Shown in pieces: positions 1-14,357 of a stretch of DNA of 64,000 bases (within the stretch, counting starts at the first letter, position 1; every line of letters starts with the position of its first letter). This DNA is from the human T2T-CHM13v2.0 reference genome, Homo sapiens: assembly GCF_009914755.1 (NCBI RefSeq), contig NC_060941.1; one strand, given 5' to 3'. Position numbers and translations under genes: made by a program. The notes below the pieces were generated by a model. The model was given only the letters and a program-made list of their open reading frames with translations, searched no databases and was not told the origin of the DNA.

Positions 1-492
1 CACAGCTACCACAGCTGACATAATAGTCCAACAATTTTGTCAGCAAATAGGCCAATCCTTTTTCAAGAATATCAATTCCTCCCCCTTTTGCCACCCAACA
101 GCCTTCCATTCATTAACAACCACACTGGCTACCAGAAATTGGGAAAGAGAAGAGCAGCCACAGTAGCCAGAAAGTTAAGAATTGTCCTCCCCTGAGTCCT
201 CACCTCTTCAAAGGCAGAGGAATGTTTATAGCTGGGTCATCCCTGAAGGCACTAGCAAAGCAGGAATACCAGGATGAGAGTGACAGTGAGAGAAACACTC
301 ATCTTTAATTAACGAAATCTGAATTTTGTAATCCCCAAATCTAGAAAGAAGCTATTTTAATGTTAGCATACATGTAAGGTTTATGTCCTCTTGAAAAATC
401 AAATTTAATTTTGAGTTTTCTTTTGGGACAAGGAGACCCTCATCTTTTTAGTGCTTAAGGTCTCTAAGGCTCTCTCTCTCTCTCTCTCTCCC

Positions 493-789
<297 letters not shown>

Positions 790-2039
790 AAGGCTCTTCT
801 TTATCTGGCCTTAATTGTGTTTTCTTCACTTCTGCATGCCTGCAGCCTTGTACTGGCATAAAGACCATGCTTAATCAAGGTCTGTTGAATTAACTAATAA
901 ATGAACAAAAGACCTTGGAGAGTAGAACCAAGTGCTGGGAAAGGGACAAAGATAGGGAATGGGGAGCAGGGTGGCATTGGAAAGCACCATAAAAGAACTT
1001 GCCTGGAACATCTGCTTCAGATTTGCTGTAATTTCTACCAGTTTTGTCTTATCTTTGGTTACACTAGTTCACCCTCTTTTGTGTGGCTTCATTGTTCTTT
1101 CCTTTACTTGAGTGTTTCCCTTGAGCTAGTAATTTTTTCTTATGAAGGTCTTTTGCAGACCTACTCTCCTCTTCTATGTCCCTCCCACTTAGGATTTCCC
1201 AGGGAGCTTTGGTTCGTATGTGGGCTTGCAGTATTTGGGTAGCTGCTTTCTCCAGCACTATAATTTCCCTTGTACCATTTTTTTCACCCGGGCCTATAAC
1301 AGAGAGATGGCTGCAGACTGTTCCCATGAATAGCATCAATCTCTTCACCTTCTGGAGCTTCAGCTTGTACTCTTAAGATGGAATCCAGCTGGCTGGGTGT
1401 AAATGTGCTTTGTTTGTGCCAATTCAGTCTCGGCAAGTGTTTTCATCAAAATTAGAGGCTGAAATTGCTGGCTGCCAGGGCATTCCTGGTAACTGAACAT
1501 TTTTCTGGTTGAAGATGGGAGTCATGCCCTAGGCCCTTTATGCAAGAGTGCACCATCCCAATTTCTTGTTTTTACTGGAGGATGTCTTCAGATCTGGCAC
1601 ACCATACTACATCTGAGCAAGACAGTATTTGGTCCCATTCAAATTTGTTGCTAGAATCTAGGGCCAGCCTTTGTCTAACCTGTAAAATAGGTATAAGGTA
1701 GAACCCTGGTGAAACTAAGCTATATTGCCCTGTCTCAGCCCAGATTCACATCCAAAAGAAATCAAAGACCAACTCCTATAAAAGCCTTGAAAAGTAAAGT
1801 ATGTAAATCTTCACCATTCATTATTCACCTGAAGTGATCTTGAGGGCATCTAGGAGAAAGTTGCTGAGCTCATTATAGAGTACACCGTCACTCTACTAAA
1901 GTCGCACACTTCTCAAGAGCTGCTTCCACCCTCATATAAGCTCATTATTACCCTCTTCCCTCTCAGGGGATGCCAATATTTTTTTTATTTGAGGCAAAAT
2001 TCACATTACATAAAATTAATCATTTTAAAGTGCACAATT

Positions 2040-2266
2040 GGCTGGGCATGGTGGCTTATGCCTATAATCCCCGCACTTTGGGAGGCTGAGGTGGGCCGAT
2101 GTCTTGAGCCTAGGAGTTTGAGACCAGCCACGGGCAACATGGCGAAAACCCATCTCCACAAAAAATACAAAAATTAGCCAGGCATATGGTGTGTGCCTGT
2201 AGTCCCAGCTACTTGGGAGGCTGAGGTGGGAGGATTTCTTGAGCCGGGGAGGTCAAGGATGCAGTG
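2040..2266 (+). mobile_element. 3'-truncated AluJ within an L1M 3' fragment (about 1980-2390)
   Basis: Alu left arm and part of right arm. Confidence 0.8.
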
Positions 2267-2399
2267 GCATTTAGTATATTCACAAGGTTGTACAACTATT
2301 GGTTCTATCTAGTTCCCTAATATTGTCATTACCCAAAAGGAAACCCTGTACCCATTAAGCAGCCATTCCCCCATTCCCCCCTGCACCAGTATATTTTGT

Positions 2400-2549
2400 T
2401 TTTTTAATATATTTTTAAAAAAACAACAAAACAGAGACAGGGTCTCAGTATGTTGCCCAGGCTGGTCTTGAACTCCTGAGCTCAAAAAATCCTTTCACCT
2501 CAGCCTTCCAAGGTGCTGGGATTACAGGCGTGAGTCACCTCTCCTGGCC
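2400..2549 (-). mobile_element. FLAM/Alu monomer
   Basis: single Alu arm in reverse. Confidence 0.75.
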
Positions 2550-2586
2550 CTCTTCCAGTAATTTTAAAGGTCCCCTAGGCTATTCA

Positions 2587-2900
<314 letters not shown>

Positions 2901-4399
2901 CAAAAGGGCAGCCAGGGCTGAGAACCGTTAGCGTCATGCGATCTCATTTCCCCTATGCTCTCCCTACTTAGAATGCCACTGTTTATCCAGGTGGCCAAGC
3001 AGCTAAATCAAAGATTCTCTTTAGAAATGTGGGGGCAAGTTCTGTTTTTTTGCCCCAGTCACACAGGTACCATTGGCTTTGGCAACCCAACTCCTCCTCT
3101 TTCAGTATTTTTCTCCATCATCTGCACTTCATTCTCACTGGCCTTTGCTCTCCAAGAAGCCTGTTAAACAAATCCTCTCTAAGGTAAGAATTCCCACTGT
3201 TTCTCCCCATTCCTTAAGGGTCAGCTGATCTCAAGATTCCTTGATGTTTGCCTTTTAATTGACGGAAAAGCCTTTCAGACTCAGAGAACCCCTCTCTAAT
3301 GGTGCATTTTAGGCACTAAACAGATGGGGAGAGGAAGGAAATGTTTTAGGAATGAAGGAAACTTTTCCAGTTACTCTTCACCTAAGAATGACACATATAC
3401 TGAACAAAGGATGGGGTTTGCAGTTGGAAGATAGCGTGGTCTTGGGCACCAGTAACCTAATGTCTCAGAGCCTGTATCCTTACCTGTAAAATTATGATAA
3501 TATTGACCCGGAAGAGTTATATTTCCATAAGTTGCAGCCATAGGTACTGAGTCTGGTTGAAAATGAATTTAATAAAAGGATATTGGTTGGTTCACAGAAT
3601 TGCTAGGTGAGTTGGCAAAATCAGGGGTTATAAACAGAAAGGAAGAATGCCGCAAAGCAAGCAGCAGAACTTAGGAGACCGCTCTACTGTCACCAAGTAC
3701 CAGCTGCTGCAGCTCATCCTGCCAGCACCACTGGCGCTGGGGGCTGGGTGTTCTGTTTGCTCTGTTGCCCCAGAAGCTATACATTGCTGCCATTTCCCCC
3801 ACCACAGCTAGAAAGAATTATCCACAGCCTCTGCTTCTTTGTTTCACTAGCTCCCAATTCAAAGTCTGTCACAGGTTTGTTTGCTTGGTTAAAGCTAGAC
3901 TATGTGTCTCATGTCCTGTGAGAACAAGCACCTGGCATTTTCAGCCTGCAGAGTGGGAGAAGGCCCTGCCTTCCACCACGACTCCTAAGGTGGGGAGGGT
4001 TCGCCGGATGAAGGGAGGGAGTTCAGACACCGGGCATCCAAAAATAAAGACAAAGGTTCCTTTTCCAATTGTGGGGGTTAGTGAGACAAAGTGTATGAAA
4101 AGCATAAACGCTGAAGTGCCATGTTGGTATTGCTTAGCAACACTTTGTTCACACTGTCACGTATTGCACTGCATTTCCTTTTTTTCCTCCCTCTCTTCTT
4201 CTTTCTGTCTCATACGCAGTTATGTGCCCTCCAGCCCAGGACAGGGCACGCTCATAAATGCCGAATGAATACAATATTCTGCTGCCTTTGCTTGTTTGAT
4301 GAAGCAGGTTGGTGTTTATTGGTTTGTCCCCGTTGCCAAAGGCCCTGATTTTCATTTGGGGATCCATGTAGTTCATGGGAATCAGATTCCATTCCCAGC

Positions 4400-4850
4400 A
4401 CCAGCAATAGGGTTTATATACTAAACTAAGTCGATCAGCATATTCCATATCCCTGGCCATAGCAATTGGTTCAGGAGCAGGCAGGTGACCTAAGGAGTTC
4501 CAATCTGAGTTACGCTTGGCAATTTTGCAAGGACAAGAACATCCTCTGTTTTCTTGCTGAACTATGAATGAGAATGCATGTAGCATTGGGAGTTTCTGGC
4601 AGCCCTCTTGGAATCACCAGGGGAGTCAGACTTAGAATGAAGTGAACATTGTAGAAGGCAGGGCCACAGGACAAAAAGAAACCAGGTGTTTTGTGCCCAT
4701 TTAGCCAAAATGGACACAGGAAAAAGCTATGCCCAAATCCAGACTTCTCCTTTGGACTTCTCAGTTATATGAGCCAATAAATTCCATTTATTATTTAAGC
4801 TAGAATGAGTCAGGTTTTCTGATTCATACAACTGAAAGTATCTGATACCT
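4400..4850 (+). mobile_element. Old MaLR LTR (MLT1J/K-like)
   Basis: ggacttctcagttatatgagccaataaattcc MLT1-type 3' end. Confidence 0.55.
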
Positions 4851-5164
4851 GCTTTGCTCCTTCCCTGCCTCATGATAATAGAATTACTGTTTATTCAGTG
4901 CTGGCTAATAGAGAGTCTTTTGGAAATACAGATCAAAATTACTATCATGTTCTCACAATTGGGAAACAGCATAATCTATGCCCTAGAAACAGAACTAACT
5001 AAAATTTAAAATAGAATAGCCCTACCTAACCTCAGCCAAATTTTAAAAGAAATTTCAGTAAACATCTTTTATTATTCTTTGGCCTAGAAAGATGAAAACA
5101 TCAAGGAAGTAAGAGAAAACTCTCTTAAACAAACAAAATTAAACAAAACAAGAACACTACACCA

Positions 5165-5469
5165 GGCCAAGCACAGTGGCTCATGCCTGTAATCCCAGCA
5201 CTTAGGGAGGTAGAGACAGGAGGACTGTGTGAGCCCAGGAGTTTGAGAACAGTTGGGGCAACAAAGTGAGACCCAGTCTCCACAAAAAATTAAAAAAATT
5301 AGCCAGGCATGGTGGTGCACGCCTGTGGTCCCAGCTACAAGGGAGGCGAGGCAGGAGGATTGCTTGAGCTCAGGAGGTTGAAGTTACAGTGAGTCGTGTT
5401 CATGCCACTGCACTCCAGCCTGGCTGATAAGAGTGAGACTTTGTCTGATTGTCTGATTAAAAAAAAAAA
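5165..5469 (+). mobile_element. AluJ
   Basis: dimeric Alu, J-type diagnostics. Confidence 0.85.
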
Positions 5470-5609
5470 GTCCACCCCCTACCCTAAATAACACCTCCCC
5501 ACACCTAAACACCTAAACCAAAACAAACAACAAAACATAATGCAAAGAAAGCAAAATGTATTCTATCTAACCTATAGGGGGAAGTACTATGGAGTGATAT
5601 CCTACCTGG

Positions 5610-6035
5610 CTGTCCTAAGGCAGGTTCCTAAAAGCATAGCCTGAGACAGGGATGCTTACGTAAGTGATTTATTGAAGAGTGCCCTTGGGAGAAACCTGAA
5701 AGGGATTAAGGGAAGCAGATCAGAAGAAGATGCTGAGCAAGAACGAAAAAAAGAACTCTTACCTCAGCCTGATTCTGCAGAAAGCTCTGCCTGGAGCATA
5801 AATTGCTCCAAAGTTTGTCTCATCCAGAGGCAAGGGGGCCTGTATACCAGTAGGATGACCCTGGAAGAGGTGGGGTGGAGGCAGTGTGTGTAATTTCTTA
5901 GGCATTTCTGGGCAAAGTAGCTCCTGTCAGCCAAGGTAAATCTTCCCACAAAGATGCAGATGTAAGTAAGCATCAGCTAGGAGATGGGTGCACGAGCCTG
6001 GTAGAGAGAATCCGGGCAGACAACCAACAGCACTT
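5610..6035 (-). mobile_element. Old MaLR/ERVL LTR fragment
   Basis: ggcaggttcc...cctgagacagggat...tttattg pattern typical of old LTRs in reverse. Confidence 0.4.
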
Positions 6036-6277
6036 GTAAGAACTGATATGGCCAAAGGTTCTCTTGAAAATTCCCTCAATTTGCCCATTTTGAGACTTTA
6101 TTTAAAAAAAATTTCAGAAAATCATTCATTATTATTATTATTATTTTGCTGCTTGTAACACATTAGCAAATTTATGAAAATTCTAATTGCATGCCATTTC
6201 ATGTTTCCATCATCCTTGTCTTCTAGGGACAGCTTCTTGTCAGTGCCTCTAATTCTCCTTTAAGTTTATGTGTCTCT

Positions 6278-6663
<386 letters not shown>

Positions 6664-6743
6664 TCACCTGCATATTGCATTTTATTTTTGTTAATGGTCA
6701 GTAAACCTTTAAAGTTACTTACACATCCTTTCTGCAGTTTTAA

Positions 6744-7129
<386 letters not shown>

Positions 7130-8312
7130 TAGTTAGATGTGCGCACAATGTACATATACCCTAGAGTGAGTTAAGTGCACTGAACCCCAGCATGTGATGG
7201 CAGGAACTCTGGACAGGTTTTGCACACAGCTTAAGTTCCCAGCTGTTCCATGTCCTGCTATTTGACTTGCTTGAGCTGGTGGAGCTTAAAACAAGAATCT
7301 TTCTAGGCTGTCCTGATACTCTTCAGAGTTGTGAGCATTGTGTGAGATAACATACCGGAAGGCACACAGAAATATAAGGTGATAGTATTATGCACACTGT
7401 GATTGATATGATATTTATATTTCAAATTCCAAATTTGCTTTCAGTTGGTTGCCTTTTGGGTTCTGAGATGACTTCATCTCTTACCAATGTTTCCTGGGCT
7501 ATAAGTTGCTAGGATTTGACTTTCTCTTGCAGAGGTGACACACAGCGAGTAGTCACTTGTCAAGGTGAGTCAACACTAGGGGGAACCAGGCATTGAGCAA
7601 ATTGAAGTGGAGGTTTTCAGTGATGCCATCTCTCTTCTTCCTTCTCTATGTTCATCTTCTCAGGAGCCTCCCATGCCCTCAGGGTGGCCGCTGGATTTTC
7701 AGAGCCCAATTCACTGGGCTGTAACTACATTTTCCATGAACTCAGACAGACAGCCTCATCAACAAATAAATGAACTAAACAAAGCCAAAAACCTTCTGTT
7801 CTATGTCCCATTAGCTTTCAGGTCTAGATGACATGTTAGAAAACTGCTGGGCTCTATTAAGTGTCAATGGCTGGAAACTGTTCTTACCCTCCATTTCTCT
7901 CTCCCACTCTTTGAGATGATTATTTCACACCTTCCTCTCTTTTCTCAAACCTCCAACACCTACTCCAACATCCTTACACTCAGCTAGTGGCCTTGCTTTC
8001 CATTTCATTAAGAAAATAAAAGCAATCAGCAGAGAACCTTCTCCCAATACCTCACCTACCCACTTAATTGTACCTATGCCCATATATTCTGCCTTCCCAT
8101 TTGTGACTACTGAAGTGTCTGTATTTCGACCTAAGACCCATCCCTCCACTGGTATATTAGATACACTATCCCTTCCCAACTACTCATACTCAAAGCCATG
8201 GCTCCAGCAATTCTCCCTTCTCTCTAATGGGTCATCACATTTTCCCTCTTTACTAGATCATTCCTATCAGTATACAAACAACCTATAATTTCTCCCATGT
8301 TTAAAAAACAAA

Positions 8313-9237
<925 letters not shown>

Positions 9238-10084
9238 CTAGACATACCTGCCGCTGGATTTCATACAGGCATCTCAAACCTAAAAGTTCCCAAAATCAAC
9301 ACCTAATCTCTTTTCCCACACACTCCAAGCCCCTCCATTTAGCATCTTTTCTCCTGCCTTCTTTGTCTTGGATAATGGCAAAGCCACCTACCTGGTCACC
9401 CTCACTAGCTCATGAAGTCATCTTTTACTTCTTCTTCCCTTTTACCCATAAAGTTGCTAAATCTTGTCAATCCAACAACCTAAACATCTCTAATTTATCT
9501 TCTTTTTATCCTCACTGAACTTGCCAGAATTAGCTCTTGCCTGGATAGCAGCTATCCCTTAGCCTTGCCCAAATGGTTCCTGGAATTTTCTTGCTAAAAC
9601 ACAGGTGCGATCCACACCATTCCTCCTCACAAACAGCTCTGTAAGTTTTCCATTTGCTTTGGAATAAAGCAAAACCCCATTAGTGTGGTATTCAAAGCCT
9701 TCATCTACTTCTAGTCTTTGCAGGCATGGCTTCTGCTGCTCTTCCTAACACATCTTGTATTCCAGCCACCAGTCACGAAATCCCTCTCTGTGCATCTATC
9801 CTTGCTGGTCTCTCTGCCTGGAGTGCTCTTTTCTCCATTTTTACCATTTGAGAATTTCTATTATTAAAAACAATAGAAATAACGGTGATTTCTGAACGCT
9901 TGTTATATGCCAAGTATTATATTAAATGTTATGTATGTATTATTTCTTTTAATTTTCAGAGAAATGAAGTAACTTGCCCTGGTTACAATGGCTGAAAAGG
10001 GACTGATCCAGGATTTGAACTTGGTTCTGCTGTTGAAGAGCATGATCAAGCAGTATTGGTGACGTTTTCTCTGACTCTTCATTA

Positions 10085-10237
10085 TTTTTATTTTTAATTT
10101 CTTTTATTTATTTATTTTGTATTTTTAGTAGAGACGGGGTTTCACCATGTTGACCGGGCTGGTCTTGAACTCCTGACCTCAGGTGACCTGCCCGCCTCGG
10201 CCTCCCAAAGTGCTGGGATTACAGGCTTGAGCCACCG
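10085..10237 (-). mobile_element. Alu left-arm fragment
   Basis: reverse Alu left monomer. Confidence 0.8.
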
Positions 10238-10339
10238 AGGGAGGTGACTCTTCATTATAATGGCTTTTGTGTGTTCCAAAAACAGGTTTTTGTTTTTTGT
10301 TTTTTTAAGCTTACTATATAGAAACAGTTTTATTACAGA

Positions 10340-10530
10340 ATTTAAGCACACAGACTCTGAAGTCACACTCCCCAGGTTTGAGTCTTGGATCTGTGGCTTG
10401 CCAGCTGTGTGACCTCATGTCTCCTCTCTTTATCTTTGAAATGGGAATGATAATAGCACCAGCCTCATAGGACTGTTGTGAAGATGAAATGAGTCAACCA
10501 ATGTAAAGGGTTTTGCACAGTGCCTGTTAT
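10340..10530 (+). mobile_element. MIR
   Basis: MIR core gctgtgtgacct...aaatgggaatgataatagcacc...ctcatagg. Confidence 0.65.
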
Positions 10531-10866
10531 GTAACTCTTGTCCAGCAGACACATCCAGTCCTGTGTTGTGTCTATGTTCTGTGTCCCTTCCTAGATTCTG
10601 TCCTCTGGGAGGGGAGAGATCCCCTTCATTCATTTTCCAATCCTCCTGTACCTGGCACAACAGACCTTTCGCCAGATTGGGTGCTCCACAAACATTTGTC
10701 AAATTGAATTTGTAAATCTGCAGGTGTTTGTGCTGGACAATGAGACACTTACAAGTTCCCGGTCTATGCTATGCTTTAATTACCTACGAATCTTGTGAAG
10801 AAAATGGTTCTTGAATCAGGCTGGTCATCTAAAAGCTTTTGCCCTGTTTTTAAAAAATCCACGTCA

Positions 10867-11040
10867 ATTCTTTGTCATTTCTTGGTGCTAGAAACATTTC
10901 AAATCTCTTTGAGCTAAATGAGGTGATGGCTATCCAGAATGTCCTGGTTTGATCATAATATATTGTATGCATGTATCAAAATATCAAATGTATCCCATAA
11001 ATATGTACAATTATCATGTATCAAATACAAAAATTAAAAA
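10867..11040 (+). mobile_element. Short 5'-truncated, 5'-inverted L1MA 3' end
   Basis: L1MA 3' UTR + poly(A); 15-bp TSD aaaaaatcca(c/a)gtca; first ~50 bp inverted. Confidence 0.75.
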
Positions 11041-12157
11041 AAAAAATCCAAGTCATTGCCACTCTGCTTCTGTGAACAGGAAGCCTTTTTACCTTCAAGC
11101 CTTTCCCAAGTCCCTTCCATTTGTAAGGCCACACCTTTTCCTTGGGGAAAGAGGAAAGAAACACCTGTCATAAGGTTCAAGACTTCTCAGACACAATTGG
11201 AGGTATTCAGCTGTAGGTAAACACAAACCTGTAGGTAAACACAAAAGTGACTGAGGTCCAGAGCTTTGGGTTTCACTTATAACCATAAGCAACTGTGTAC
11301 CTGCTAAGGAAGAAGGCTGCAGACCTGAAAGAGGCCCACGGAAGGCCTGGGGATTTCTGAGAGGACACCGGCTCAAGTTACATTCCCATATTATTTCACC
11401 ACCCTCATGCTTGTTTATTTACATTTCAGGCTGCCTCTCTAGGCGAGGCTGCAGGAGTGAAGGGGCTGGAAGAGGTTTCAAAGGAGAGTGAACGTGGTAG
11501 AAAAGGAAATATTTGATTAGAAGTTAACATGTCCTCTGGGGCTTCTTTGACTTGGATTACTGTAAAAGTGCATGGTGTAATAGTTGAGCACTCCCGGGAG
11601 GTGGTGGGCGGTCTCTCTGTACAGAGTTGTGGCTTTGTTTCTGATGAGTTGCAGCTGCTGTGCATAATGTAGACTAGATCAAATGGGGCATGGAGAAGAG
11701 CCATTCACAGGACCGGAGTGACGGTGCTCGCTCTGATGGCAGAATACTAAATTAATCATCTTCACCTAAACCTGTGCTTTCTCCTGGCCTGTACCTCAGT
11801 GAATACCTGCAAGTTGCTTAGGCTGTAACTTGAAGTCAGCCTACAATCCTCTTTGTCTCCAGATCCTGTCCACTTTCCTTTCCGAAGGTCTTTCAGATCC
11901 ATTTCCTTCTTTCCACCTCCACTGGCACTGCCCTCATTCAGAGTCTCATCATGTCTTCCTGGATTGCAGCTTCCTTCCAGGTCTCTCAGCCTCAAGTCTT
12001 AGGCCTCCCATTCAATTTTCCGTGTTACTGTCAGAGGAATTTTTCTAAACTAGCTTAAAACCCGTCTGTGGTTCTCCATGGCCTTCCAGATCAAATGTGC
12101 TCCCTGAAGACTGGCCTGTGAGCCCCTTCACACCAGTAATCCTGACCCTGCACGCAA

Positions 12158-12166
12158 TTCCCAGAA
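12158..12166. promoter_or_regulatory. GAS (STAT) element TTCCCAGAA with overlapping AGAACA steroid-receptor half-site
   Basis: TTC-N3-GAA about 1.45 kb upstream of ATG; motif match only. Confidence 0.45.
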
Positions 12167-13453
12167 CACAAGGCATTTGTTCTCAAATCCTGCGGCTTTC
12201 TTTGCTTGCTTCTCCTCCTGCCTGGGATCCTTCCCATCCTCCATGGTTTCTCTCCTCCTTTCCTCCTCCTCAAGTTCAGATATTTCCCTCACCTGTACCC
12301 CCTCTGTTGTAGCATTTATCACAAACTACACTGAATCTCTTGACTGGGCAGAAGAATGAATTGTTTCCCAGCATCTAGCTTTGACATAAAAGTTGCTCAA
12401 TAAATACTTGACGAATGAATGAACTCTATTAAAGTAGGGTTCAGTCATAGTTCAGGGAAGGGGCCCTGAAATAGCTGGCTCTGAAAGAAGGTAATGCCGG
12501 TTATTGCGATTATGTTGTTAGATGGGTAGAATTTCGCATTCGATTAAGGGATAGTTTTGGGTTTCTTCAAGCTAAAGAAACTAAAGCCTATAAAAGGTGA
12601 TTTAAAAGACCTCTTCTCTAGACTTGATGAAACGCTGTAATTGCCATCTTTGGCTGACACTGAGGAGTTCAGGAATGCCAAGCAAGTGTTTCCAGAAATG
12701 TCAAACCTGCTGTTTTAAAATATGTCATTCCAGGGCACAGTTAAATATACAACTTGCTCCGATGAGGTGGGAGAAGTGGGCCGGTGAGCTGTGAAATGAA
12801 ATCTGCCTAATGAGGGTCGAGGCCAGCACACACAGGGACCTATTTGCAGTAAAACAACGTGGGGTGACGCCTAAGAAATAGACAACATTAACACAAAGGG
12901 AGCCTACTACGTAGCACATTTCCGCTAGGCATAAAAGAGACACCTTTCCAGAAAGCAACTCTAAAAATGAATGCACCGCCTAGTGAGGTGCGAGCCTTCC
13001 TCCCCACGAGGCGTCCCGTGCAACCGCACGCGGACAGCGGGGCTCCAGCGGAGGCGGGGTGGATGCGGAGACAAGGCGCCTAGGAGACTGGGCTAAGGCT
13101 TTGAGTGTCCGAACGAAGATTCTTTCGAACCTATTGATTTTTTCTAGTCTTATGATTCTTTCGAACCTTTTGATTCTTTCCATTCTCGGTTCTAAGCATT
13201 AAAGCGCAGCTGAGAAAGGCAGCAACAAAGATGGGAAGAGAACTAGCAGGAGTTCTCAGAGAAAAATGGGTGATAATTTAGGGGAGAAGCCATAAAGAAG
13301 AGACTAAGCGAGAAGCGGAGCACACGCAGAAGACGAAACAAGGAGGAGGAGAAGAGAAGAAGAACCTTGGCGAAGGAAGAGAGTGACCAAACTCGTCCCG
13401 GACGGGAGGAGGGCAGGCCCGCCCAGAGGGAATCGGCTGCTTTAAGGGAAGCC

Positions 13454-13467
13454 CCGCCCCCTGGTGG
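13454..13467 (-). promoter_or_regulatory. CTCF core motif (CCACCAGGGGGCGG) overlapping the GC box
   Basis: exact match to CCASYAGRKGGCRS on minus strand. Confidence 0.6.
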
Positions 13468-13611
13468 TGACGCTCCACCAGGCCCGTCCGCGATTGGCTG
13501 CGGCCAGAGGGCGGGATGGGGTTGCTAGGCGAGGAGGGGATCCGGCGGGCCCCCGCCGCCCGGAGCGCTGAGCCGCGGGAGCGGAGCCGGGGTTAGCGGC
13601 GCTGCTGGAAG

Positions 13612-14357
13612 ATGGCGAGCGGCCGGGACGAGCGGCCGCCTTGGCGGCTAGGGCGGCTCCTGTTGCTCATGTGCCTGCTGCTGCTGGGGAGCTCGGCCCG
13701 GGCGGCTCACATCAAGAAGGCGGAGGCGACTACCACAACTACGAGCGCGGGCGCCGAGGCGGCCGAGGGCCAGTTCGACCGCTACTACCACGAAGAGGAG
13801 TTGGAGTCGGCGCTGAGGGAGGCGGCGGCCGCGGGCCTCCCCGGCCTGGCCCGCCTCTTTAGCATCGGCCGCTCGGTGGAAGGCCGGCCGCTGTGGGTGC
13901 TTCGCCTCACCGCCGGCCTGGGGTCGCTAATCCCTGAGGGCGACGCGGGGCCTGACGCTGCCGGGCCCGACGCTGCGGGGCCGCTGCTGCCCGGCCGGCC
14001 CCAGGTGAAGCTGGTGGGCAACATGCATGGCGACGAGACCGTGTCGCGCCAGGTGTTGATCTACTTGGCCCGCGAGCTGGCGGCCGGCTACCGCCGCGGG
14101 GACCCGCGCCTGGTCCGCCTGCTCAACACCACCGACGTGTACCTGCTGCCCAGCCTCAACCCCGATGGCTTCGAGCGTGCCCGCGAGGGCGACTGTGGCT
14201 TCGGCGACGGCGGCCCGTCCGGGGCCAGCGGCCGCGACAATAGTCGCGGCCGCGACCTCAACCGAAGCTTTCCCGACCAGTTTAGCACCGGCGAACCCCC
14301 CGCCCTGGACGAGGTGCCCGAGGTGCGCGCCCTCATCGAGTGGATCCGCAGGAACAA
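13612..14357 (+). CDS. CPD: Carboxypeptidase D coding exon 1 (signal peptide + N-terminal half of domain I)
   Basis: ORF MASGRDERPPWRLGRLLLLMCLLLL...; M14 motifs GNMHGDE (Zn ligands H139/E142), LPSLNPDG, DLNRSFPD; Kozak aagATGG; donor AA|gtgagt at 14358; 746 nt, phase 2. Confidence 0.98.

Noticed and set aside
12588-12595. TATAAAAG box
   Set aside because: About 1 kb from the ATG and outside the CpG island; likely chance.
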